NCBI RefSeq assembly: GCF_000025925.1
Contig: NC_014033.1
Coordinates: 3,480,001 to 3,512,000 of the forward strand
From: Xylanibacter ruminicola 23
GTDB lineage: Bacteria; Bacteroidota; Bacteroidia; Bacteroidales; Bacteroidaceae
DNA: 32,000 bases
Reading direction: 5' to 3'
Shown here: positions 25,341-32,000 of the stretch, piece after piece
Layout of the letters: every line of letters starts with the position of its first letter
How positions within the stretch are numbered: the stretch's first letter is position 1
Notes under the pieces: generated by a model
What the model was told of the DNA's origin: nothing
Databases searched by the model: none
The model's input: only the letters and a program-made list of their open reading frames with translations
Position numbers and translations under genes: made by a program

Positions 25341-25955
25341 ATGCATATCGCAGTAGCAGGAAATATAGGTAGTGGCAAGTCTACGCTCACCAAGCTCCTG
25401 GCCAAACACTATGGCTGGGAACCGAGGTTCGAGGCCGTAGAGCATAACCCGTATCTCGAGGATTACTACCGCGATATTCACCGTTGGTCGTTTAATATGG
25501 AGGTGTATTTCCTGAAGGAACGCTTCCGCGATCTGATTACGATTGCTCAGGCTGATCACACTATTATTCAGGACCGTACCATCTACGAGGGTGTGTATGT
25601 GTTTATGGAGAATAACCGCGATATGGGTAACCTGAGCGAGCGCGACTACGAGACTTACATGGAACTGTTTGAGCAGATGATGACGGTGGTGAAAGTACCC
25701 GACCTGATGATTTATCTGCGTGCTTCGGTGCCCCATCTGGTTAGCAATATCCAGAAGCGTGGCCGCGACTACGAACAGAGCATACAGCTGGAGTATCTGC
25801 AGAACCTGAACCGTCGTTACGACGATTTCATTAAGAACAAATACCCCGGCCGTGTGATTACTATCGAGAAAGACAATCTCGACTTCCTTAACATTCCTAA
25901 GGACCTCTCTGGCATCATCGACAAAATCGATGCAACTCTCTTTGGACTGTTTTAA
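25341..25955 (+). CDS. Deoxynucleoside kinase (dAK/dGK family), paralog 1
   Basis: P-loop AVAGNIGSGKSTL, with the DRTIYE and RGRDYEQ motifs of the dNK family. Confidence 0.85.
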   Translation: MHIAVAGNIGSGKSTLTKLLAKHYGWEPRFEAVEHNPYLEDYYRDIHRWSFNMEVYFLKERFRDLITIAQADHTIIQDRTIYEGVYVFMENNRDMGNLSERDYETYMELFEQMMTVVKVPDLMIYLRASVPHLVSNIQKRGRDYEQSIQLEYLQNLNRRYDDFIKNKYPGRVITIEKDNLDFLNIPKDLSGIIDKIDATLFGLF

Positions 25956-25988
25956 TGTTTAATATTTAATCTTTAACGTAAAGATAGT

Positions 25989-26609
25989 ATGCATATTGCA
26001 GTAGCAGGAAACATTGGTAGTGGCAAGACCACGCTTACTAAGTTGTTGGCACATCGTTACAACTGGATTCCCCGTTTCGAACCAGTTGATAATAACCCGT
26101 ATCTGGCTGATTTCTATGCCGATATGCCTCGTTGGTCGTTTAATCTTCAGATCTATTTCCTGAACAAACGTTTTAAGGAGGTGGTTGAGATTTCGCAGAG
26201 CAAGGATACTCTGATTCAGGATCGTACCATTTTTGAGGACGCTCGCATTTTTGCGCCCAACCTGCACGATCAGGGAATGATGAGCGATCGCGACTTTGCT
26301 AACTATACCGACCTGTTCGACCTGATGATGTCGCTCGTGAAACTGCCCGACCTGATGATTTATATCCGTTCGAGCATACCTACGCTGGTAGAGCAGATTG
26401 CCAAGCGCGGACGTGAGTACGAGCAGACCATGCGCCTGGATTACCTGCAGGGATTGGAGAAACGTTACGAGGACTGGATTGCTACCTACAAAGGTCCGCT
26501 GATTATTGTGAATGGTGATACCTGTAAGTTTGGCGATCGTCCAGAGGACTTCCAGAAGGTTTGCGAACTTATCGACCAGAAGCTGTACGGTCTCTTCCCC
26601 ATGGAGTAA
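25989..26609 (+). CDS. Deoxynucleoside kinase (dAK/dGK family), paralog 2
   Basis: P-loop AVAGNIGSGKTTL. About 50% identical by eye to the upstream paralog. The tandem arrangement resembles heterodimeric dAK/dGK pairs. Confidence 0.85.
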   Translation: MHIAVAGNIGSGKTTLTKLLAHRYNWIPRFEPVDNNPYLADFYADMPRWSFNLQIYFLNKRFKEVVEISQSKDTLIQDRTIFEDARIFAPNLHDQGMMSDRDFANYTDLFDLMMSLVKLPDLMIYIRSSIPTLVEQIAKRGREYEQTMRLDYLQGLEKRYEDWIATYKGPLIIVNGDTCKFGDRPEDFQKVCELIDQKLYGLFPME

Positions 26610-26621
26610 AAAAATAAGGAT

Positions 26622-27869
26622 ATGATACAAGATTACGAAATAATGGCACCTGTGGGCTCGCGCGAGAGCCTTGCAGCTGCAATACAGGCTGGTGCCGACA
26701 GTATTTACTTCGGCATCGAGAAGTTGAACATGCGTGCCCATTCGGCAACTACTTTTACCATCGACGATCTGCGCGAGATTGCCCAGACCTGCGATGAACA
26801 TGGCATTAAGAGCTACCTTACAGTTAATACCATCATCTATGGCGAGGATATCCCCTTGATGCACGAGATTATCGATGCCGCCAAGCAGGCTGGCATTTCG
26901 GCTGTGATTGCCAGCGATGTGGCTGTAATGACCTACTGTCGCAAGGTGGGTCAGGAGGTTCACCTCTCAACCCAACTTAACATCTCTAATATCGAGGCCC
27001 TGAAGTTCTACGCACAGTTTGCCGATGTGGTAGTGCTGGCCCGCGAGCTGAACATGGACCAGGTGGCCGAGATTTTCCGTCAGGTTGAGGAGGAGCACAT
27101 CTGCGGTCCCAGTGGCAAGCAGATACGTATCGAGATGTTCTGTCATGGTGCCCTGTGCATGGCCATCAGCGGTAAGTGCTACATGAGTTTGCATGCTGCT
27201 AACCGCAGTGCCAACCGCGGCGAGTGCATTCAGATTTGTCGCCGTTCGTACACCGCTACCGACAACGAGACTGGCTACCAGCTGGATATCGACAATAAAT
27301 ATATTATGAGTCCGAAGGATCTGAAGACCGTACGCTTTATCGACCGTATGATGAAGAGCGGCGTGCGTGTATTTAAGATCGAGGGTCGTGCCCGTGGTCC
27401 CGAATATGTTTACACCGTGGTTACTGCCTACAAGGAGGCCATTAAGGCTGTGCTGGATGGTACGTTTACCGAGGAGAAGAAGGACGAGTGGGATGCCCGT
27501 CTGGCTACTGTGTTTAACCGCGGTTTCTGGGATGGCTACTATCAGGGTCAGACCATGGGCGAGTGGAACAAACACTATGGTAGTAACGCCACCGAGCGCA
27601 AGGTTTACATTGGTAAGGGCGTGAAATACTTCTCGAACCTGGGTGTGGCTGAGTTTACGGTTGAGGCAAACACCTTTAAGGTAGGCGACAAGATGCTGAT
27701 TACCGGTCCTACCACCGGTGTGATGTATGTAACGGCCGAAGAGATTCACGGCGATAACGGTCCGGTTGAGGTTGCCGAGAAGGGCACCCGCGTATCGATA
27801 GCCGTAACAGGCAAGGTACGTCAGAGCGATAAGCTGTTTAAACTCGAACAGGTTGAACCTGCTGAATAA
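26622..27869 (+). CDS. Peptidase U32-family protein (RlhA/TrhP-type RNA-hydroxylation family)
   Basis: EIMAPVGS, AGADSIYFG, and the FCHGALCMAISGKCYMS Cys motif typical of U32. Confidence 0.8.
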   Translation: MIQDYEIMAPVGSRESLAAAIQAGADSIYFGIEKLNMRAHSATTFTIDDLREIAQTCDEHGIKSYLTVNTIIYGEDIPLMHEIIDAAKQAGISAVIASDVAVMTYCRKVGQEVHLSTQLNISNIEALKFYAQFADVVVLARELNMDQVAEIFRQVEEEHICGPSGKQIRIEMFCHGALCMAISGKCYMSLHAANRSANRGECIQICRRSYTATDNETGYQLDIDNKYIMSPKDLKTVRFIDRMMKSGVRVFKIEGRARGPEYVYTVVTAYKEAIKAVLDGTFTEEKKDEWDARLATVFNRGFWDGYYQGQTMGEWNKHYGSNATERKVYIGKGVKYFSNLGVAEFTVEANTFKVGDKMLITGPTTGVMYVTAEEIHGDNGPVEVAEKGTRVSIAVTGKVRQSDKLFKLEQVEPAE

Positions 27870-28012
27870 CAATAAATTAGGGGCGCATCACTGCGCCCCT
27901 AATTTGTCTAACTTACTAACCAATTACTAATCATTATACTAACAAAAACTATAAATGTATGAAAAAACTAACTCATTACCATTAATTATATGTACTATTG
28001 ATCACTTTTTCT
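27868..28012 (-). ncRNA. Candidate ~140-nt intergenic small RNA (orphan promoter to terminator)
   Basis: A minus-strand -7 box at 28017-28024 has no downstream CDS. The transcript would run through an AT-rich body with four UUAGU(A) repeats into the 27874-27905 hairpin. No ORF longer than 8 codons is present. Ends are approximate. Confidence 0.3.
27874..27905. terminator. Strong bidirectional rho-independent terminator
   Basis: Perfect 14-bp stem, aaattaggggcgca (27874-27887) with tgcgcccctaattt (27892-27905), and loop tcac. It lies immediately after the U32 stop. On the minus strand it is followed by attgttatt. Confidence 0.75.
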
Positions 28013-28016
28013 GGTG

Positions 28017-28024
28017 CAAAGGTA
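28017..28024 (-). promoter_or_regulatory. Orphan -7 promoter box (TACCTTTG, context TACCTTTGCACCAG) pointing at the U32 terminator
   Basis: The reverse complement of caaaggta. It has the same extended motif as the cysS, LuxR-gene and operon promoters. Confidence 0.45.
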
Positions 28025-28161
28025 TGCCGAAAGGTTGAACTATACAAATCTCTTCAACCAAATGGGCTTATTTTTCAGCCAATCGCCCGATTTATATTTT
28101 CTTAAGAAGCCCGAAAATCAAAAAGTTTACAGAAACGTTTGGATGTTTACGGAAAAAACAC

Positions 28162-28169
28162 TATCTTTG
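28162..28169 (+). promoter_or_regulatory. -7 promoter box (TATCTTTG) for the binding-protein/phosphatase pair
   Basis: Context TATCTTTGCCACC, 41 nt upstream of the ATG at 28211. Confidence 0.45.
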
Positions 28170-28210
28170 CCACCGCAGAAACCTCTTAAAACTATATTGT
28201 TGATACTGTC

Positions 28211-29170
28211 ATGGATACGAAACGTCGGATGCTTACGGTCATCCTAACCCTATGCTTTAGTATGGTACCGTTTACAATGGCGGCACAGGACGAAACCATT
28301 GTGTTTACCCCCCAGTGGACGGCGCAGGCGCAGTTTGCCGGCTATTATGTGGCCGAGGCCAAGGGCTTTTACCGCGAGGCCGGTGTAAAGGTGCGTATTG
28401 AGCACCCCACGCCCACGCAGCCCGCCATGGCCCGATTGCAGCAGAACCGGTGCCAGGCCACCACGTTGCAATTGTGCCAGGCCTTGGAGATAGTGGATGG
28501 CGGCGTACCACTGGTAAACATTCTGCAAACATCCATGAACAACGCCATGGTGATTGTATCGGCCCGTAACGAGGACCCGCTCAAGCAAAAGGGCGCTCGC
28601 GTGGGTATCTGGAGTGTGGGCTTCGGTCAGCTGGCCATCTGCATGAGTATCATGGATCACCTGAACTACGAGTTTGTGCGTTTTGCCCAGAACGTGAATC
28701 TGTTTGTGGCGGGGGCTCTGGATGCTACGCTGGCAATGAGCTACAACGAGTACTACCAGCTGGTGCAAGCAGGTATTACCGTAACCGATAAGAACGTGTA
28801 CCGATTTTGCGACCACGGCTACAACGTGCAGGAGGATGGTGTGTACATGGCGCGCAGCTACTACGAGAAGCACCGCGACAAGGCCATGCGCTTTGCCCAG
28901 GCCAGCAAGAAAGGGTGGGAGTATGTGGCTAAGCACCCCGACGAAGCGCTTGATATCGTGATGAAGTATGTGGACAGGGAGAAGATTGGTACCAACCGTG
29001 TGATGCAGCAGCTGATGCTGAAGGAGGTGTTGCGACTGCAGGTGGATCGCGAGTCGAAGAAGCGCGAGTTCCGTTTGCGCCCCGATATGGTAAAACGTGC
29101 CAGCCACCTGATGGTACAGAACCGCATGCTTGATCGCGAGGTAACATACCAGGAGTTAATAGCAAAATGA
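28211..29170 (+). CDS. Secreted NMT1/SsuA-like (NitT/TauT-family) solute-binding protein
   Basis: Signal peptide LTLCFSMVPFTMAAQ. TPQWTAQAQFAGYYVAEAKGFYREAGVKV is the typical N-terminal strand-helix of NMT1/THI5-like binding proteins. No ABC permease or ATPase gene is nearby. Confidence 0.65.
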   Translation: MDTKRRMLTVILTLCFSMVPFTMAAQDETIVFTPQWTAQAQFAGYYVAEAKGFYREAGVKVRIEHPTPTQPAMARLQQNRCQATTLQLCQALEIVDGGVPLVNILQTSMNNAMVIVSARNEDPLKQKGARVGIWSVGFGQLAICMSIMDHLNYEFVRFAQNVNLFVAGALDATLAMSYNEYYQLVQAGITVTDKNVYRFCDHGYNVQEDGVYMARSYYEKHRDKAMRFAQASKKGWEYVAKHPDEALDIVMKYVDREKIGTNRVMQQLMLKEVLRLQVDRESKKREFRLRPDMVKRASHLMVQNRMLDREVTYQELIAK

Positions 29171-29182
29171 TAGTTGACCGTT

Positions 29183-31105
29183 ATGAATGAAGTAATTGCA
29201 TATATACGTCGTAAGCTATCCATCAGGGTTAGTTTGTGGGTGGTAATGTTTGCCGCCGTTATCTTTGTGGCTGCCCTCGGGTTCCTGTTCTATCAGTCGC
29301 GCGAGGCAGTGCGCCAGGAGGCCATCCATCGTGCCACCACCATTCTTGATCGTACATCGCTGCAGGTAGAGGGTATCCTGAACCGTGTTGAGGTGGCCAC
29401 TAACATGACCGTGTGGCTGGTGCAGCGCCATCCTAACGTGGCCGACTCGATGTTTGTGTATAGCGAGGGTACTCTGCGTAATAATCCCGATTTCTACTCG
29501 TGCTCAATCGCCTTCGAGCCTTACTATTTCAAGGAGTATGGCCGTTATTTCTCGGCCTACTCAAAATACGAGGGCGACAGTATTCGTACCCTGCAGGGCG
29601 GTAGCGATAACTACCAGTACTTTTTTATGGACTGGTACCTGATGCCCACGTTGCTGGGGCACCCCTGCTGGACCGATCCTTACATGGATCTTGATGCGCC
29701 CACCAATACTTACGAGATGGTTACTACCTACTGTCAGGCCATCAAAAACAAGCAGGGCGCGGTAATTGGCGTTATCAACACCAGTTTGTCTATCAACTGG
29801 TTGTCGCAAACCATCTCGGCAGTAAAACCCTATCCTAACTCTTACAGTATTATGATAGGTCGTGGCGGTACGTACTTTGTGCATCCCGACAGTACCAAGA
29901 TTACCCGACAGACTATTTTTACGCAGACCATGCTGGAGCCCGACACGGCTCTGACAGCCCTGGGCCATGCCATGCAGCGTGGCGAAGAGGGTATGCGCCG
30001 TATGGTGATAGATGGCAAGGATAGCTACGTGTTCTACAAGCCGCTGGGCAAAACGGGCTGCTCTATGGCCATTGTGTGCCCCGAGAGCGACATTTTTGGC
30101 GGCTTTAACCGCCTGCGCCACACCGTGATGGGTATTGTGTTTGTTGGCTTGTTGGTTATGTTGTGCGTATTTATTAATGTAATTACGCGCGAGCTCAAGC
30201 CTTTGCACCGCCTGGCACGCGAGGCCGAGACCATCGCCTCGGGTAATTTTGATGCCGAACTGCCCGACTTTGAGCGTACCGACGAGATTGGTCAGCTCAG
30301 TCACTCGTTCGGTTACATGCAGCAATCACTGGTAAGGTATATCGACGAGCTGAAGCTTACCACCGCCCAGAAAGCGTCTATTGAGAGTGAGCTTAACGTG
30401 GCCAGCAACATACAGATGAGCATGCTGCCCAGTGTGTTCCCCAACCGCGAGGGACTGGATATGCATGCCTCAATGACACCCGCCAAGGAGGTTGGTGGCG
30501 ACCTTTACGGCTATCTGCTCAAGGGCGATAACCTGTACTTCTGCGTGGGCGATGTGAGTGGTAAGGGTGTGCCAGCCTCGCTGTTTATGGCGCAGGTAAC
30601 CCGCCTGTTCCGTACGCTGGCCAACCAGCAGATGGCACCTGCCGATATCTGTACCCACATGAACGAGGCCCTGTCGGGCGACGAGAACCCCACCAACATG
30701 TTTGTAACCATGTTTGTGGGCATGGTTAATCTGCAGTCGGGTCACCTCAAGTTCTGTAATGCCGGTCATAATCCACCTGTGATAGGTGGTGGCGAGCACC
30801 ATGGTGAGTTCCTGCAGATGCTGCCTAACTTCCCTATCGGTGTGCTGCCGGGTTTGGAGTTCCAGGGCGAGGAGATTGATACCATCAAGGGACGTGCGCT
30901 GTTCCTTTATACCGACGGACTGAACGAGGCCGAGAACCGCGAGCACGAGCAGTTTGGCGACGACCAGCTGCTATCTATCCTGCGCAACACCCATTTCGAG
31001 AGCGCCCAGCAGGTAGTTGAAACCCTTTATAACGAGGTTCAGCGCCACCGCGACGGCGCCGATCCGAACGACGATCTTACCATGATGTGCCTGCGCATGC
31101 AGTAA
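29183..31105 (+). CDS. Membrane sensor phosphatase: Cache-like periplasmic domain, HAMP, PP2C/SpoIIE domain
   Basis: Two TM segments (VSLWVVMFAAVIFVAALGFLFY and VMGIVFVGLLVMLCVFINVI) flank a ~270-aa Cache-like region (DWYLMP..., VIGVINTSLSINWL). HAMP: PLHRLAREAETIASGNFDAELP...DEIGQLSHSF. SpoIIE: EVGGDLYGY, GDVSGKGVPASLFMA, LFLYTDGLNEA, DDLTMMCLR. I call the first ATG (29183); the track start at 29174 is TTG. Confidence 0.8.
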   Translation: MNEVIAYIRRKLSIRVSLWVVMFAAVIFVAALGFLFYQSREAVRQEAIHRATTILDRTSLQVEGILNRVEVATNMTVWLVQRHPNVADSMFVYSEGTLRNNPDFYSCSIAFEPYYFKEYGRYFSAYSKYEGDSIRTLQGGSDNYQYFFMDWYLMPTLLGHPCWTDPYMDLDAPTNTYEMVTTYCQAIKNKQGAVIGVINTSLSINWLSQTISAVKPYPNSYSIMIGRGGTYFVHPDSTKITRQTIFTQTMLEPDTALTALGHAMQRGEEGMRRMVIDGKDSYVFYKPLGKTGCSMAIVCPESDIFGGFNRLRHTVMGIVFVGLLVMLCVFINVITRELKPLHRLAREAETIASGNFDAELPDFERTDEIGQLSHSFGYMQQSLVRYIDELKLTTAQKASIESELNVASNIQMSMLPSVFPNREGLDMHASMTPAKEVGGDLYGYLLKGDNLYFCVGDVSGKGVPASLFMAQVTRLFRTLANQQMAPADICTHMNEALSGDENPTNMFVTMFVGMVNLQSGHLKFCNAGHNPPVIGGGEHHGEFLQMLPNFPIGVLPGLEFQGEEIDTIKGRALFLYTDGLNEAENREHEQFGDDQLLSILRNTHFESAQQVVETLYNEVQRHRDGADPNDDLTMMCLRMQ

Positions 31106-31130
31106 AGTTTAAGTGAGTTTTGATTGATAT

Positions 31131-31187
31131 GAGAAATCGATGAGGTTGAGTGTTAAATTACACTAATCGTCGATTTCTCCTTTTTTC
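31131..31187 (+). terminator. Rho-independent terminator after the phosphatase gene
   Basis: gagaaatcgatga (31131-31143) pairs with tcgtcgatttctc (31167-31179), 13 bp with one G-U. An inner agtgt/acact hairpin is present, followed by cttttttc. Confidence 0.6.
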
Positions 31188-31212
31188 TTGTCTATTTCTC
31201 CCTGATTTTCAG

Positions 31213-31220
31213 TACCTTTG
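31213..31220 (+). promoter_or_regulatory. -7 promoter box (TACCTTTG, context TACCTTTGCAGCCC)
   Basis: TAnnTTTG match 91 nt upstream of the ATG at 31312. Confidence 0.45.
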
Positions 31221-31311
31221 CAGCCCAAAAGGAAAAATTAAACGGGCTGGACATGATAGGATAACAACACAGAACAATGCCCTGAACTTACTAAGTACTG
31301 AAGATTTTTTT

Positions 31312-31509
31312 ATGACAGATGACAAGAAGCTGAGTGTAGCCGATCTTGAAGAACGCTTACTCTACGATGATGACGATGATGCCGCCTCCAGTATCGACAT
31401 GTCGATGCGCAAGCACGGCTATTATTATGGCTACGGCTTTTATGGTCGCTACGGGCGTTATGCCTACTCGCACTACGGAAATAATAACGATAAAAGTATA
31501 AAGAGATGA
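31312..31509 (+). CDS. 65-aa protein of unknown function: acidic N-terminal half, Tyr/Gly/Arg-rich C-terminal half
   Basis: MTDDKKLSVADLEERLLYDDDDDAASSIDMSMRKHGYYYGYGFYGRYGRYAYSHYGNNNDKSIKR. This is the first ATG after the promoter. The stop overlaps the next start (ATGA at 31506-31509). The ORF-track N-terminus (from 31150) would begin upstream of the promoter. Confidence 0.45.
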   Translation: MTDDKKLSVADLEERLLYDDDDDAASSIDMSMRKHGYYYGYGFYGRYGRYAYSHYGNNNDKSIKR

Positions 31510-32000
31510 TTATTGCAGTTGATTTCGACGGTACCATCGTTGAGAACCGTTACCCTTACATTGGCAACGAGAAACCCTTTGCCATCGAGACCCTTAAGTT
31601 GCTTACCCGCGACCACCATCAGTTAATACTATGGACCTGTCGCGAGGGCCGTTTGCTCCAGGAGGCCGTAGAGTGGTGTCGCCAGCGCGGTTTAGAGTTC
31701 TATGCTGTTAACAGTAATTACCCCGAAGAAACGCCCGCCGGCAATCCCACCTACTCACGCAAGCTGAATGTAGATGTGTTTATCGACGATAGCGGTCTGT
31801 GCCCACTGCCCGATTGGGGCACCATCTACCAGATGATAGCCCATCGCCCCGCCGTGCTCCAGTCGCAAAGCCACTGCAGTCGTCGCTGCCGCTGGTCGGT
31901 AGGTGGAGGTTTGGTGCTGGTGCTGTTTATTATGAGTATGCTGTTCACCTCGTGTGGTAGCAGTCGTGATGTGGCCTATCTGCAAAACAGCGAGCAGGTA
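31506..32000 (+). CDS. HAD-superfamily hydrolase-like ORF (partial, runs off the window); the 3' part resembles a lipoprotein signal peptide
   Basis: Hand-translated: MIIAVDFDGTIVENRYPYIGNEKPFAIETLKLLTRDHHQLILWTCREGRLLQEAVEWCRQRGLEFYAVNSNYPEE...RKLNVDVFIDDSG..PDWGTIYQMI (DxDGT motif I, FIDD motif). It continues without a stop into ...RRCRWSVGGGLVLVLFIMSMLFTSCGSSRDVAYLQNSEQV. It is absent from the ORF track because there is no stop before position 32000. Confidence 0.55.
   Translation, partial: MIIAVDFDGTIVENRYPYIGNEKPFAIETLKLLTRDHHQLILWTCREGRLLQEAVEWCRQRGLEFYAVNSNYPEETPAGNPTYSRKLNVDVFIDDSGLCPLPDWGTIYQMIAHRPAVLQSQSHCSRRCRWSVGGGLVLVLFIMSMLFTSCGSSRDVAYLQNSEQV

Noticed and set aside
25959-27872. 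Two long minus-strand ORFs (334 aa and 301 aa) opposite the second kinase and the U32 gene
   Set aside because: They are antisense shadows of well-supported + strand genes. They have no motifs, no promoter box and no plausible start context.
1-32000. Looked for CRISPR arrays, tRNA/rRNA genes, integrases/transposases, toxin-antitoxin pairs and known defence-system hallmarks
   Set aside because: I found none. There are no spaced direct repeats, no cloverleaf-like or rRNA-like segments in the intergenic regions, and no recombinase, nuclease-helicase or ATPase-type ORFs. The window reads as core chromosome with metabolic and transport operons.

Overview
The window looks like a Bacteroidota (Bacteroidales, Prevotella/Bacteroides-like) chromosomal segment. 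Evidence: a SusC/SusD pair, an HU-like plus 'smalltalk'-like gene pair, no Shine-Dalgarno sequences, and TAnnTTTG -7 promoter boxes at ten intergenic sites. I support about 30 coding regions. I see no rRNA, tRNA, CRISPR array, transposase or integrase.

Gene order:
- HU-like DNA-binding protein with a 33-aa membrane peptide that the ORF track misses.
- Orphan LuxR-type regulator.
- tcdA.
- An 11.7 kb, eight-gene + strand operon (2831-14517), described below.
- Convergent cysS-tlpA-ridA operon.
- A seven-gene - strand operon: C1 peptidase, an L-galactose-type oxidative pathway (aldo/keto reductase, amidohydrolase lactonase, Zn-dehydrogenase, FucP permease), GH97, and an Fe-alcohol dehydrogenase broken by one in-frame TAG.
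- Two tandem deoxynucleoside kinases plus a U32 peptidase-family gene.
- An orphan promoter-to-terminator unit that looks like a small RNA.
- A solute-binding protein paired with a Cache-HAMP-PP2C phosphatase.
- A Tyr/Gly/Arg-rich 65-aa protein translationally coupled to a HAD-like ORF. That ORF reads without a stop into a lipoprotein signal peptide at the window edge.

The best candidate for an undescribed system is the 2831-14517 operon. A SusC/SusD importer is not followed by any carbohydrate-active enzyme or regulator. It is followed instead by secreted redox or metal-motif proteins:
- a PstS-fold binder without phosphate ligands;
- two paralogous fused double-OsmC proteins that keep the peroxidatic cysteines only in the C-terminal half;
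- a signal-peptide-bearing C_GCAxxG_C_C protein;
- an internally duplicated YtkA-like Met/His lipoprotein;
- an OprC/NosA-like TonB receptor.

A ~160 nt leader with a Met/Cys-rich upstream ORF precedes the operon.

All functional calls rest on motif recognition by eye. No database search was run.
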